A stretch of DNA of 64,000 nucleotides from Vezdaea acicularis (lineage: Eukaryota). Below the pieces are notes generated by a model. It did not search any database. It saw nothing but the letters and a program-made list of their open reading frames with translations, and was not told where the DNA came from. Each line of letters opens with the position of its first letter. The stretch's first letter is position 1. The stretch is taken from the NCBI GenBank assembly GCA_026025075.1, contig JAPEUI010000002.1:1-64000 (forward strand), read 5' to 3'. The translations under genes and the position numbers were made by a program. Shown piece by piece: positions 63,758-64,000 of this stretch.

Positions 63758-63948
63758 TTAGGGCTTGCTCGCAAAGCCAAGCCGAGGAGAGCCTCCATTG
63801 TTGTCAAAGATCACAAACTAATCAAAAGATGTCAGCGTGTTACACACAAGCGAAAATCCAATAGGGAGAATTGCCTGAGATTTGAATAAGATGTCGCCAA
63901 AGATGGACATGCCAAGACCTTGATTGCTCTGGATCCCGCCAAAGCAAG
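63758..63948 (-). CDS. 3' end of an A1 aspartic protease (aspergillopepsin/endothiapepsin-like). Exons 63948..63875, 63817..63758; the rest lies beyond the window
   Basis: [43 protein letters not shown], joined by a 57-nt GC-AG intron. Absent from the ORF track. Confidence 0.85.
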
Positions 63949-64000
63949 CTGTGGGTGGCTTAGCAATCAGATCAAAATCTTTCAGCTTTTCCTGGGATAC

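Overview
Gene-dense, intron-containing fungal (Pezizomycotina) genomic DNA with typical 47-77 nt introns. A lichen-forming (Lecanoromycetes-like) source is only an impression and cannot be proven here. I reconstructed about 23 protein genes by checking splice sites and reading frames by hand. Recognisable genes: TRZ1 (partial), BNI4, DUS1, ARL3/ARFRP1, a long-chain fatty alcohol oxidase, a FYVE protein, NADP-isocitrate dehydrogenase, a TNT-domain NADase, a DUF4139/4140 protein, a PHD protein, a BTB/POZ protein, a class I aminotransferase, the divergent NOP1-RPL17 pair, a VHS/GAT protein, a CDF transporter and the 3' end of an aspartic protease. Non-coding features: an intact dispersed 5S rRNA gene with a 19-nt-deleted copy 383 bp upstream, a 233-bp TA-flanked MITE, and a degenerate 19-bp repeat array inside an unusually long intron. 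The most unusual stretch is 10.3-23.1 kb. It holds an unrecognised ~896-aa spliced orphan gene and three paralogous secreted Cys-rich genes, two of which end in a KR-preceded 4-Cys C-terminal module. Four of about 53 reconstructed introns are GC-AG.
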